This document shows, piece after piece, positions 33,276-46,299 of a stretch of 64,000 bases of DNA (positions are counted from its first letter, which is position 1; each line of letters starts with the position of its first letter). The stretch is from contig NC_086109.1 in the NCBI RefSeq assembly GCF_963921235.1, forward strand, positions 12,772,001 to 12,836,000. Direction: 5' to 3'. The notes under the pieces were generated by a model, which saw nothing but the letters and a program-made list of their open reading frames with translations, was not told where the DNA came from and did no database searches. This DNA is from Mobula hypostoma. Lineage: Eukaryota. Both the position numbers and the translations under genes were made by a program.

Positions 33276-34699
33276 TGTCTGGAAGAAAATGAATCTCAAG
33301 GGAGACAGACATATACATACTTTGAGAATAAATTTACCGTGAAGTTTCTCAACTGTGATAAGCTGAATGATTCCTGACCTCTCAAAACACATTTTATTGA
33401 AATGGAGTGAGAAAGAGCCACAGCACGAACATTTCCAGTCAATGTACAAAGGTCTTAAAGGAGAACAAGCAATGGAAATAAAAGTTAGGTGCTGAATAAA
33501 AAGAGTGAGCTGCAAATTTTTGCAGCTTGCATTGGTCATCAGGGTGTCAATCTTCAAACAGAAGGTATAACTTCTCTCAATGCTGATCTGTGACTGTAAC
33601 ACGTGAATGTACAATAAAGAGTCTTGAAAAGGAGAGAAGGTAAAGTATTTTTGCAGTTATAATCAGGGTAGTAGAGAGTGACATATATATACTTTGATAA
33701 GAAATTTAATTTGAATTTTGAACCTTGAAATGCCCCACTGACAATGTGGAATATCACATAATAAACTTCACCTGCTCTGTGAGGATGTGAAGCAGTAACG
33801 CCAGAGTCTGTTTGGAGCCCTTGATCTCTTCAGCTCAGAGTTATCTGATGAGTGTTGATTAGCTGCAGATAATTTCAGATGCAGTGTCCCACTTCTGAAC
33901 CTGGACCTGTTAAATCTGAGCTCATTAATGGTCTGAGGGAAAGAACTTGCTTTGTGTTTTTTCTCCGCTACAAAACATTTCACATCAGATTACAGTGAAA
34001 ATAAGGCTGATTCTGATTCTGAAAGAGAACTTTACTTGTCCTAGGACATCCCAAAGCCATTCTCAAAGGATATGGTAGAACTTCTGTGCTCTTTACTTGT
34101 CGTTCAAAACAGGATTCAAGGAAGTGCCAATGGATGCCTCATGTAAATAGACTGTTCCATCATCTCCTGCATTGCCTGTACTTCAGACCATAAGACAATG
34201 AGTCATCGGGGCATAAGAGGGCCATTCAGCCCATTGAGTTTGTTGCACCATTCTATAATGGCTCATTTATCATCCCCGTCAACAACATTCTCTCCATAAC
34301 TTTTGACACCCTTACTAAGCAAAAACCTATCAACCTCTGCTTTAAATATACCCAATGGCCTCCACCACCATCGGTGACTATTAATTCCATAGAATCATTG
34401 CTCTCTGGTCAGGGACTCTCCCACCAGAGGAAACAGCCTCTGCACGTACACTCCTCGGACACCCTCTCAATCCTTTCCTCCAATCACTTTGAAATTATTC
34501 CCCACACATTGGCAATTTCTGCCCTGAGATATTCTCTGGATCTCCGCTTGATCTGTGCCTCTGATCATCTTGTATATCTCTATCATGTTGTCTCTCACCC
34601 TCATTCGCTCCAATTCTGAATTGTCTTCAGATCCTCAAGAATTTTTGCATTCATTCAGTTTCCTTTTTGGTTAGAGAGAGATGGAGTTGTGGAGATCTA

Positions 34700-34856
34700 G
34701 AGATGGGATAAGAGGAGTTGTAGGAAAGGCGATCACAAATGATTGCTCCTATGCAACAGTAAATCAGTCACACACAATGTATTGGGGCCATGGAATATTG
34801 GTCAACAACATTCAGTTTTAGTGGAAACCAATGGGCTACATGGACGGGAAGAACAT
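34700..34856 (+). pseudogene. Second frameshifted, truncated Ig V exon remnant
   Basis: IRGVVGKAITNDCSY...SHTMYWGHG, then HSVLVETNGLHGR in a shifted frame. Truncated at the same point as 27466-27626 and followed by the same flanks; no leader upstream. Confidence 0.8.
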
Positions 34857-35406
34857 ATGGCATATATATATTCTGTTTTATTTTTAAAAATTAGCTTTTT
34901 ACATCAAAACATACAGTGAAATCCATCTTCTTGTGTCAAAAGAAATCAGTGACGACTGTGCTGGGATTAGGCTGGGTTAAATCGGTGGTTTACTGGGTGG
35001 TGTGGCTCATTGGGCCTAAAGAGCCTGTTCTGTGCTGAATCTCCAAATCAATAAATTCTGAGAACACGAGTTGTGGAGTCCTTGAAAGTGAGCCCATAGG
35101 TTGTGTGTAGTGATCAGTTCAGTGTTGAGTGAGTGAAGTTATCCATGCTGATTCAGGAGCCTGATCTTGACACTACAGTCTGTCAGTCACTGAAACGACG
35201 CATTAAAATGTGAATCCTCTGTCATATTAATCAAAGAAAATGACATCATCTTGCTCAGTGGTGAAAGATATACAACTAAAATAAGCACAAAATTGGTGTG
35301 TAGATAGCAGTTTTATTCCATGTTGAAACTTGCTGCATAGTAGTGACCTGTCACAGTTTTCAATGTAATGATGGCCTTTGGTCTTACTTATTCTCTTTCT
35401 CATCCA

Positions 35407-38400
35407 TCATCATCATCATCAGGTGCCATGCCCAGTTTGAGCTTTGACTGCCATGGCCCACACACTCCTGTTTCGGGTCAAGTGAGTCAATTCATCGGTA
35501 TTCATTTTCAGTTCTCTGACTGCTGTCTCCATCATCATTTGTCTTTGTCTTCCTCTTGCTTTCTTCCCTTCAATCTTTCCCATAATTACCGTGCATTCTA
35601 ACTCCTCTTTCCTAGTCACATGTCCAATGAAGTTACGCTGCCTTTTCATGATCTCATACATTATTTCTCTTTTTGTGTTTGCTCTATTCATGACATCCTC
35701 GTTAGATATTCGTTTCCTCCATTCTCCTCAAAAAACACATCTCTGCTGCTACAATTCATTTCCTCGTGTTACTAGATATTGTCCAACATTCTGAGCCATA
35801 CAACATAACTGGATAAACGTAACATTTCAGTACTCTGAGGCGAGTTGTCATGCCTAGTTTAGTACTGGTCAATATACTCCTCATTCTCGTAAAGGTGTCT
35901 TTTGCCATCCCTATTCTTCTTTAGATGTCCAAGTTGCAGCTGCCATCTGATGTCACCCAGCTTCCTAAGTAGCAAAAGTTCTGTACTTGTTTTATGTCTT
36001 CCCCAGTTATTCTCAGCCTGCAGATAGGATTCTCCTTCTTTTTGGATATCACCAGACATTCTGCCTTTTTGCAATTGATAGATAGACCCATTTTTGCACT
36101 TTATTCAACAATTATATCAATTAAGTTTTGTAGTTCTTCCTCCGTACTTGCAATTAACGCAGTGTCATCGGCATATCTGAAATTATTGATGTTTTCACCG
36201 CCAACTTTGATTCCCAAGATGTCTCTTATTTTTTGTAATATTGTTTCACTGTACACATTAGCTAAATCAGGGGAGAAAACACACCCTTGTCTAACACCTC
36301 TCTTGATTTTTGTAAACTGACTCACGTCTCCATCTATTCTTACAGAGGCAGTTTATTCCCAATACAGATTTCTGATTAAGCAGAGGTCTTTCAAGTCTAG
36401 ATCTGGAGTTTTCTGTAATATTTCAAATAACTTATTGTGCTTCACTTTATCAAATGCTTTTGTGTAATCGATAAAACAAACAATCTTTCTGCACTTGAAT
36501 AGCTTGTTCTGATAGTATCCTTAACATCAATATTGCGTTTCTTGTACCTTTGTCTTTCAAAAAAACCACATTGTTCTTTACCTATTTCAGCTTGTATCTT
36601 ACTTTTAGCTCTTGTCATCAAAATTCTTAGAAGTATCTTGGTGTCATGACTCATTAAATTTATAGTCCTATGTAATTCACATTCCATTGCTCCAGCTTTC
36701 TTAGGAAGAGTGATAAATACTGATTTTTTTCATCTCTTCTGGAATTATTCCAGTCTCATAAATGTCATTGATTAAATCAGTAAGTTTTTCAATTCCATAA
36801 TCTTCAAGGGTGATAATTTGTTCTGCTGCTAATCCATCAGGACCTGCTGCCTTTCCTTTCTTCACCTTATTTATTGCATTACGAACTTCAGATTTTACAA
36901 ATACTTGGACCTTCAAGGTTTTTCTTGATTTCTGGTTTTTCACCTCGATAGTCTACAAACAATTCCTGAATATACTCAGTCCATCTGTTCATAATCTCAT
37001 CTTTTTCCATGATAATGGTACCGTCGTTTGCTTTCAAACATCCACCTGAAGAACAGAGGAGCTTTTTACCAGTGATATTCTTGATTTGTTGATGTAACCT
37101 GGTTGGATCAGTAATAGGGATTCTTTCTATTTGCTCACATTCCTGGTTTAACCATTCTTCTTTGGCTTTTTGACATAAGCTTTTAACTTTTTTATTTAAG
37201 GACTTATATTCTATAGGATTTGCTTTCTTCTGTCTCCTTTCTTCCATTAGATTTTTTATTTCATCTGTCATCCATTTATTCTTTGTGCTTTTTTCTTTTT
37301 TTATGAATCATTGACTTTGCTGATTCTACCAAGGCATCCTTTAGAGAGTTAAATTTCATTTCTACATGATTGCTATCATCTTTAACAGATTCTATTTCTA
37401 GACTTTGAAATCTATTCCTTACTTCAATTGTAAATTTTTGTCTTAAGTTTTCTTCTTTAATTAATTGCAAGCAGTCAAGGGATTGTTCAAGTTTTTCCTT
37501 CGTTAAGTTTTAAGTTTTACTTTTACATGACATACTATTGGGTTATGGTCACTATTACAGTCTTCATCTGGATTTGTTCTGCATTTAGTCACTGAGTTTC
37601 TAAATCTTTGGTTTATAGTAATAAAGTCAATTTGGTTTCTAGTGTCATCACCTGGACTTTTCCAGGTCCACAAGCGTCTTGGATGGTTTTTACCGCAGGT
37701 ATTCATAATGACCTGATTATTCATCATGCACCATTCTACCCATTTCTCACCTCTTTCATTTCTTTCCCCTAGTCCAAATTTTCCTATGGTATTTCCATCA
37801 GCACCTTGTCCTACTTTAGCATTTAGATCTCCCATCACAAAAACAATATCTTGAGATTTGCATCCATTCTTTGCTTGCTCAAGCTCTTCATAGAATTTAT
37901 CTATATCCTCATTTGTTCCATCTGTTGTTGGTGCATACACCTGTATAATTGCTAAATCAAATGGTTGTCCTCTGAATCCAACAAGCAGCACTCTTTCTGA
38001 TATTGCCCACTTTTTGCCATGTTTTCATCCATAAGAATTCCTATTCCATTAGTATGGGATGTTCCACAAGAATAAATTAGTGTTTTATTTCTATTCTGAC
38101 ATGTTCCAGCACCTATCCAACAAACTCTGTTAATTCCCATGATGTTAATCTTTCATCTTTCCATTTCATTTCTCACATTGTCCAATCATCCTGTTTGATA
38201 TAGGGTTATTACATTCCAAGTGGCAATAATTTTCTTTTGTTTTACTTGAGTTCTATGAGCAGTAGCTTGATGACAGTTGGGGATCCCCTGCTGCCCAGAG
38301 TCAACCCTACTGAGCAAAGCATCTTCAGAATTGTCTTGAAGATCCTTTTTACGCTGTTGCTGTGTGATACATTTTGTGAGTTTGACCATGATTTTTGTAG

Positions 38401-38724
38401 CAAATAGATTCTAGGAAACCTAGTATCTAGTAATGGCAGTTTCCTATTGCCTATCGTTGGGCAAACTAAAGAAATCGTCATTTCTCTTCCCAAATGTTAA
38501 TCCGCCTGTACTATAGCCGTTGACATTTGAGGTCCTAGCTCATCTGCCTTCAGTTGCTGAACCTGACGGATCTACCGTTGGCCTTCGCTCGTGCTACCGT
38601 TCTGGGTCAGAGTGGCCCTGGGAACAATGAATAACTAAGGGGTAACTCCACTTTCCCCAAAGCTCTGAAAGTCCCCAATCAGAGCCACATCACCAGTTGC
38701 AGTTTAGAGTCATACCCAGGACAA
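35407..38724 (-). mobile_element. Apparently full-length but decayed RTE-clade LINE (about 3.3 kb)
   Basis: 12-bp TSD CTTTCTCATCCA (35395-406, 38725-736); (GAT)n 3' tail. Collinear minus ORF pieces: IATWNV, IIQVYAPT, VMGDLNAK, NQIDFI, SDHNP, KGKAAGPDG, GVRQGC, FRYADD, FIGHV. Confidence 0.9.
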
Positions 38725-39114
38725 CTTTCTCATCCACTGTGTGAAAAAAACTTATGCTATACCACATCGTTACCTGATTACAAAGAATCTTTGAATATTT
38801 CTAACTTTGTTATCATGTAGTGAGGATTCTCACATTTGCAAACAGATCCCGTCATGTAGCAGCTCCGAGGCTAATTGTACATCCATGGGTTACAGTTACA
38901 TGTCAACTCTGAGAAAAGTAGCAACTTCCATTTGCCGACTCACACACCACTGACCACTGCAAGCTGCAACAAGTTGTAACCACTCATTTTGTTCAACACC
39001 CAACTTTTAATTCCATTGTTTATTCATCATTAAGACCTTTGAATATTGACTGGAAATATACCCAATTTCAATCATTTTTAATGATATGTTGATCAAATGA
39101 TTGCATCATTCTCA

Positions 39115-40010
39115 GAAAAGAAACTTAAACATATTATTAAAGGACATACTGTATATGTCACCATATACTGTTTCATTAACTTTCAGGCATTCAGCGTAAA
39201 TACAAAGAAACACAATAGAATCTATGAAAACTACACACAAAGACAGACAAATAACCAATGACTAAAAGAGAGAAAATATGGAAATACTAAAAGAAAAACA
39301 AAATAATAATAATAGGTAAGTCAGTTCTGAATAATATTTGAGAACATGAGTTGTAGAATCCTTGAAAGTGAGTCCAGAGGTTGTGGAATCAGTTCAGTGA
39401 TAGGTGAAATTATCCACTCTGGTTCAGAAGCCCCATGGTTAAGGGGTAATATCTGTTCCTGAACCTGGTGGTGTGGAACATGAGGCTCCTGTGCCTGCTT
39501 CCTGACAGCAACAGGAAGAAGAGAGCATAGCCTAGTTGATGATAGATGCTGTTTTTAGTGCGATAATGTGCTCCACAGTGAGGAGGGGTTTATCTGTGAT
39601 CAACTGGACTTTATCCACTACGTTTTGTTGGTTTATCCATTCAAGGACATTGGTGTTTTCATACCATGTCATGATGCAACCAGTAAGAATACTCTCCACT
39701 GTGCATCTATAGAACTTTGTCAAAGTTTTAGATGACAGTTTGATCTTTGCAAACTTTTAAGTAAATAATGCGCTGCTGTGCTTTCTTTGTAATGGCAGAT
39801 ACATGCTGGACCCAGGACAGATCCTCTAAAATGATAATGCCAAGTAATTTAAAGTTACTGACTCTTTCCACCTTTGATTTCCTGCTGAGTACTGGCTCGT
39901 GGACTTCTGGATACCTCATACTGTGGTCAATAATCAGCTCTTTAGTTTTGATGATGTTGAATGAGAGATAGTTGTTGTGACACCATTCAGCCAGATTTTC
40001 AAACGTCCTC
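39115..40010 (-). mobile_element. Rex1/Babar LINE 3' fragment (third, older copy of the duplicated block)
   Basis: Minus ORFs 39728-40033 and 39532-39723 (FYRCTVESILTGCIMTWY). Confidence 0.75.
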
Positions 40011-43000
40011 CTATATACTGATTGAACACACACAAATGTTGAGGGAACTCAACAGATCAGGCAGCATCTATGTAAAGGAGTTAGCAGTGGATGTTTTCGG
40101 GCCAAGACCCTTCATTGAACCCAGTTTCAGGTCAGGGACCCCTCCTCAGATCTGGATAAAAAATGGAAGACTGTCAGTTTAGAAAGCAGATCTGCTCAGA
40201 GGAATGATGTGTAAGACAAAGACGATACAGTTCAGTCCCAGGTGATGAAGCATTTCAGATCATAAGACGATGACACATAGTGGCAGAAGGCCATTCAGTC
40301 CATTGAGACTGCATCACCATTCTATAATGGCTCATTTACTGTTCAACTCAACCCTATTCTCCCAGTACCTTTTGACACCCTTACTAAGCAAAAACCGATC
40401 AACCTCTGCTTTAAATATATACAAGGATTTAGACTCCTCAGCCATCTGTGATAATGAATTCCACAGATTCAGTAACTTTTGGTCAGGGACCCTTCTACCA
40501 GAGGAAACATCCTCTCCACATAGACTCCAACCAAGGTCTAGGCCCTTCACTGTTCAAGAGGTTTCAATGAGAACCCTTCCCCAATTCTTCTAAATTCCAG
40601 CGAGTATAGTCCACGAGACATCAAGCACTGCTCACATATTTACCCTTTCATGCCTGGGATTGTTCTCGGCAACCTCCTCTAGACCCGCTCCAATTACAGT
40701 ACATCCTTTCAAAGATAAAGGGCCAAAAACTGTTCACCATCTTCCACGTGCAGTCTGACCAATACCTCATAAAGCTGCTGCTTTTGTATGATTTCACAAC
40801 AACCGAATGGAAAATGTTTTACACCCCCACCGTTGTATTTAGAGGTATGCACAGGATTGGGATGAGGTTTAAACACAATGGTTAAATGACCTTTTCACTT
40901 TTCTTCACCAAATTGTTATTGTTGTTCAGTGATCTAGCTGCTGAAACAAAAATACTTTGCTGAAGATTTTTTGTATCTCTGCACTTGTTCTCATCAGCAT
41001 ATTGACCCATAGTTAAAAACATCGAAAACCTACAGCACAATACAGGCCCTTCGGCCCACAAAGCTGTGCCTAACATGTCCATACCTTAGAAATTACCAAG
41101 GGTTACCCATAGCCCTCTGATTTTCTGAGCTCCATGTACTTATCCAGGAGTCTCTTAAAAGACCCTATCTATCCACCTCCACCACCATTGCCGACAGCAC
41201 ATTCCACGCACTCACCACTCTCTGCATTAAAAACGTACACCTGACATCTCCTCTGTACCTACTTCCAAGCACCTTAAAACTGTGCCCTCTCATGCTAGCC
41301 ATTTCAGCCCTAGGAAAAGACCTCTGACTATCCACACAATTAATGTCTCTCACCATCTTTAATATGCATTTTACTCCATTGTGACTGTGTAATTCCATTC
41401 ACTTGGTTTCCTCTCACATCTAACCAGAGTAAGGTGAAAATCCATCAGAGTTCTTGAAATTGCACTGACAGATGGAATAGAATTCAGAAAAGGTGAGCTT
41501 TAAAGTTTCCTTCAAAGAGCGGACACGGTTTTCAGAGAGGAGAGGGAATGAAGTGAAGTACTGTATGCTGAGTTTGCATGAAAAGCCCCTTCTACATCAC
41601 ACCTATTTCCTACTTTGCTCCCTCCTCAGCAGCAAGCTCCCCAAAACATTGAATTATCAGAATCAAAATCAGAACCCGAATCAGAATCACTTTTATTATC
41701 ACTGGCATGTGTCATGAAATTTGTTAACTTAGCAGCAGCAGTTCAATGTAATATATAATATAGAAGAAGAGAAAAAAATAAATTACAGTTTGCATATACT
41801 GAATGGATTAAAATCATGCACAAACAGAAATAATATACATTAAAAAAGTGAGGTAGTCTTTATGCATAAAATATCCATTTAGGAATTGGATGATAGAGGG
41901 GAAAAAGCTGTTCCTGAATTGCTGAGTGTGTGCCTTCAGGCTTCTGTATCTCCTTACTGATGGTAACAATGAGAGAAGGGTTTGCCCTGAGTGCTGGGGG
42001 TACCAAGGCAAGATCCAGAATGATGGACAAAGCTTGGAGTGTAAGTCCATAACTCCCTGAAATTTGGAACAGAGGGAGATGGGTTTCCGCTAATGGCAAT
42101 GAGCCAGCAATGTGCATATGAAAATTCAGGTTGCAAATGTATAAAAATATGATTAGGATACGCTTCAGGTCGGTGTGTAATTGTGTTTGCAGTATATCAA
42201 GAAGGATGTGGAAACATTGGAGGGATTGCAGAAGAGGTTCAGCAGATTGCTGCCTGTATTAGAAGACCATAGGACCAAAAGGTAGAGAAGAAGAATTAGG
42301 CCATTCTTCCCATTGAGTCTATTCCACCATTCCATTCTGCCTGATTTATTTTCTCTCTCAACCCTATTCTGCTGCCTTCTCCCCATAATCTTTCATGCCC
42401 TTACTATTCAAGAATTTATCAATCTCCACGTTAAGTATACCCAGTGAATTGGCCTCCACGGCCATCTGTGACAGTGAATTTGACAGATTCACCACCCTCC
42501 AGATAAAACAACTTTCCCTCATCTCTGTTCTAAAGGAGTGTGCTTGTACTCAGAGGCACTGCCCTCCGATCCTAGAACTCCCCATCACAGGGAACATCCT
42601 CTCCACATCCACTCTGTCTTGTCCTTTCAATATTCAATAGGTTTGAATATGATTCCCCCTTTCCCCCTCATTCTTCTAATCTCCGGTGAGTTCAAGCCTA
42701 GGGCCATCAAACTTTCTCCTCACACTCACAACACTCTACATGAGCTCTTTCTCTTTCCATCGTTAACTTTTCACCATGAACACTTTCCCTGATGATGCAC
42801 CACGGCTAACGTTATAAATCAAGCAAAAAATAAATTGAACTTCAGGAGTCAGGTGGTCAACATTTCAGATTAATCCCCTGCTTCAGGACACCTACAGTCG
42901 TTTATTTTGACTTCAGATTAAAACGTTTCCTGTTGCTTGTCTCTAATATTTTAAAACTTCTCAGCACTTCATTCACTCTTTGAGAATAGTTTAAGTGTTC

Positions 43001-43082
43001 CTGTCCTGCTAAATATAACTAAAAGCTTTTCAGATTGTCACGTACCACACACCAATTGTGTTACTGTAGTTTTTTTGATCAA

Positions 43083-43104
43083 ACTTCCGACTGCCTTCTT
43101 CCTT
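43083..43104. promoter_or_regulatory. ETS-like sites upstream of the gene C leader
   Basis: ACTTCCG 43083-89 and TTCCTT 43099-104, positioned like the sites at 25628 and 63588. Confidence 0.45.
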
Positions 43105-43166
43105 ATTTTATTTCAGTCATTTCTCTCTGAGGACAGACAGGTCCTGCTTGTGTCTCCGTGAATAAA

Positions 43167-43206
43167 ATGCTGTGGACGTTGATTCTTCTGACTGGTTTCC
43201 TACCTG
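43167..43206 (+). CDS. Gene C: leader exon MLWTLILLTGFLP
   Basis: aataaaATG; 13 codons + G; consensus donor GTGAGT; joins in frame to VSGALWAE of the V exons. Confidence 0.85.
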
Positions 43207-44088
43207 GTGAGTTACAGACAGCACTGGACAACTGCATAATCAGTGTTGGATTGGAGGTCGTACAACGTTTCCACAAGAATGCTTGAATACCCGTAGACAC
43301 TAAAGATGTCGGAAACTGGAGTTCAGAGTTCACTCCTGGAGAAACTCAATGGGTCAAGCAGCTTCTGTCAGGGGCAGAGGAAATGTCAATGGTTCGGGTC
43401 GAGACCCTGCCTCATGTGTGAGTAGAGTGGGAGAGGGTTAAATAGGAGAGGGGGAGGCGTGAAACTGGGTCCTCAAGTTAGTCGGGGCTGAGGAATAGTG
43501 AAGTACAACAGGCAAATGGAGTGGGGTGGAAAAGGGATGGTGTTTGGAGGTGGGTGAGAGGTGGAAGCAGATAAGGAGAAAAGAGGAATAGTGTAGAGCC
43601 AGGTGTGGGGAGAATATGTCCAGCTGGAGAAATCTCCTACAACCTGTTAAGCAAGAACATCAGATCTACCATTGCTGGGATCTGTTCTCTCTCTGCAGGG
43701 ATCACTGTGACATTTGACGTTATTGTCTTGAAATCAAGTCCTTCCTGGGCCACTTCAGTGGTGCAGTTAGCATAGAACGTTACTAGATCTGGAGTCAAAG
43801 ATAAACCAGGGTGGTAGGGATAAGAAATTTCTCTCCCTAAAAGTCTTTCCAATCTACATGGGATCTTTACAATCTGACAGTCCATCATTATTATTATTGA
43901 TACTTGTTTTTTAAATTCCAGAAATAATAAATTGGATTTTCGTACTCAAAGTTTCTCAACAGTTATTGAAATCTCACCTGAGTTTCTAGACACAGAAGCA
44001 CTAATGACCACTGTTGCACCACCTTCTAACTACACATAGAAATACTTGATAGGTACAATATTTACAAATTGCTTCAGAACCTTGTCTG

Positions 44089-44089
<1 letters not shown>

Positions 44090-44122
<33 letters not shown>
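44090..44122. repeat. (CA)n microsatellite
   Basis: Uninterrupted AC/CA run in intron 1 of gene C. Confidence 0.95.
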
Positions 44123-44126
<4 letters not shown>

Positions 44127-44550
44127 TGGGAGCATCTTATGAAATAGCTGGGACCTCTGTGGACATTTCAAAGGCTGACATATTCTGAAGCAACTGAAAG
44201 TTGAACACTTTCATGGCCTCAAAAGCCGTGTATGGTATTGAATTCCATAGAGTCAACACCCTCTGGCTACACTACAGCTCTCCCCCAGTAGTGCACTGGA
44301 TGGTCAGCCCTGGGTCTCTGCTCAGGACTCTGGAGTGGGAAGTGAACTCACAATGTACTGACACAGGGGAGACAGCACTGACACAGCTGACACAGTAATA
44401 GCACTGACTGCACTTCACACCAGAATCATTGGCTGTGGTGTCATGGACCACATGCTGTACGTGACCTGCACCTGTTTTTACCGTCATGTTCAAAAATAAT
44501 TGTTGTATTAAATTGTTCCTTTCCCTCACATCTGACAATGCCTCCCTCAG

Positions 44551-44872
44551 TTTCAGGTGCATTGTGGGCAGAGAAATATGTAAAAGGAGCTGTGGGAAGA
44601 GCGATCACAATTGATTGTCACTATGAAGAAAAGTACCGCTCACACACAAAAGTATTGGTGCCATGGATGGACCGTCAGTTGTTCAGTTTCAGTGGAAACA
44701 AATGGGCAACACGGACGGAGTGGACGAGTGTCAATCACAGATAACCCGGAACGGAGAAAATTTACTGTTACTGTGGAGAATCTTCACCCTGGAGATTCAG
44801 GATGGTACAGCTGTGGAATTTCAACAACAGGTCCCGATTCGAGATTTAATTTAGAACTAAAAGTAAATGATG
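44551..44872 (+). CDS. Gene C: Ig V exon 1 (CD300/pIgR type), with a +1 frameshift at 44648-44651
   Basis: cctccctcAG|TTTCAGG...GATG|GTAGGT; 322 nt versus 321 for V2. IDCHY...KYWCHGWTVSC...DSGWYSCG is restored by removing one A. Confidence 0.85.
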
Positions 44873-45074
44873 GTAGGTTTCTCAGTGATTGATTTGTGCC
44901 TTCCATAAAATAAATGTCTCATGATCTTTGTCAGACACTGTCCATTCCTCACTATCTCTGCATTAATATCAGTACCAAATGTTTCCCTCTATACGGCAGG
45001 TCACTGAACCCAGTTACAATTTCATTCTCTCCTGAAAGCCACCAAACATGTGACAGATATCTCCCAAGTTGCTG

Positions 45075-45630
45075 CCTTTAAACCTCCTGTCATAATAGAG
45101 TGGCCACTGAGTGTATGTTCATGGTCTTTTGCTTTTGTGGCCCATCCACTTCGAGCTTTGACATGTTGTACCTTCAGATGCTCTTCAGCACACCGCTGTC
45201 ATAACCCACTGTTATTTGAATTCCTGTCACCTTTCTGTCGGCATGAACATGTCTGGCCATTCTCCTCTGACCTCTTTCATTAATAAAGCACTTTTGTTCA
45301 CAGAATTGCTGCTCTCTGGATGTTTTTTCATGTTGTTCGTACCATTCTCAGTAAACTCTAGAGACAGTTGTGTGTGAAAATCCCAGGAGGTTAGTAGTGC
45401 CTTAGATATTTACTACCCCGTCTGGCACCAGCAATAATTGCATGGTCAAAGGCACTTAGATCACATGACTTCTGCATTCTGATGTTTGGCCTGAACATTG
45501 ACTGAAACTCTTGAATATTTCTGCATGCTTTGATGAGTTGAGTTGCTGATGGTCTGATTGACTAATTAGATATTTGCATTAGTGATCAGGTTAATATTTG
45601 TACCTAATAAAGTGGCAGAAGAGTGTATGA
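45075..45630 (-). mobile_element. Tc1/mariner remnant in the V1-C2 intron
   Basis: Contains agagtggccactgagtgta and tgtacctaataaagtggc termini plus a degenerate transposase 5' region; same family as 14662-15559. Confidence 0.6.
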
Positions 45631-45677
45631 TATTTAGATGTTCATTCAGTGTCCGAATGTTTAATTCTTTCCCACAG

Positions 45678-45998
45678 AACGCGTGTCTGTTCCTGTGCTT
45701 CGATATCTGTCACCAGCAAATGTCTCACGTCTCAGCGGCTCAGTGTCACTTTCCTGTGAGTCTCTCCAGGGATCCCTTCCCATTCAATACAGATGGTATG
45801 AACAAACCTCATCTGTGCATCCGAACATCTCAAATACCAATGAACTGACTCTGCATTGTCAATCCTTCAATCACACACACCATCAATATTACTGTAGTGC
45901 CTCAAATTGGCTTGGAGCGAAATCCAGTGCAATGGTTAAAGTGACAGTCTTCAACAACGGAGAGATCTGCAGTTACGTGACAGAAATCAATGGCACTA
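45678..45998 (+). CDS. Gene C: C2-type Ig exon
   Basis: ctttcccacAG|AACGC...ACTA|GTAAGT; 321 nt, phase 1-1; SLSCES...YRWYE...YYCSASN...ICSYVTEINGT; paralog of 1003-1323. Confidence 0.9.
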
Positions 45999-46299
45999 GT
46001 AAGTTCTAATTTCAAGGGAGGATACATTTAAATATTTCTTTTTATTACTCTGTTACTGCTGCTCTTATACCTCGCGTGAGGGTAAGGAATTTCTTTGCAT
46101 TTGTGGAAGCTGCACATTGCAGCCTCCATGGGGTAGAACTAAAGTGCAGTGAACAGTTAAGTCTGTCACTTGCTCCTGGAAGATATGGAGCATCTCAAAC
46201 ATAGTTGGACTTGCGCATCTCAACAAATTGAGAGCATTCCATTAATACTTCTGGCTTTACATTGAAAAGTCCAGACTGGTATCGACTTCTGATTCTCAT

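Noticed and set aside
29680-40105. Additional hammerhead-like segments at about 29688, 31542 and 40068
   Set aside because: The CUGANGA core is mutated (CAAUGA) and stem I is broken; treated as dead PLE remnants.
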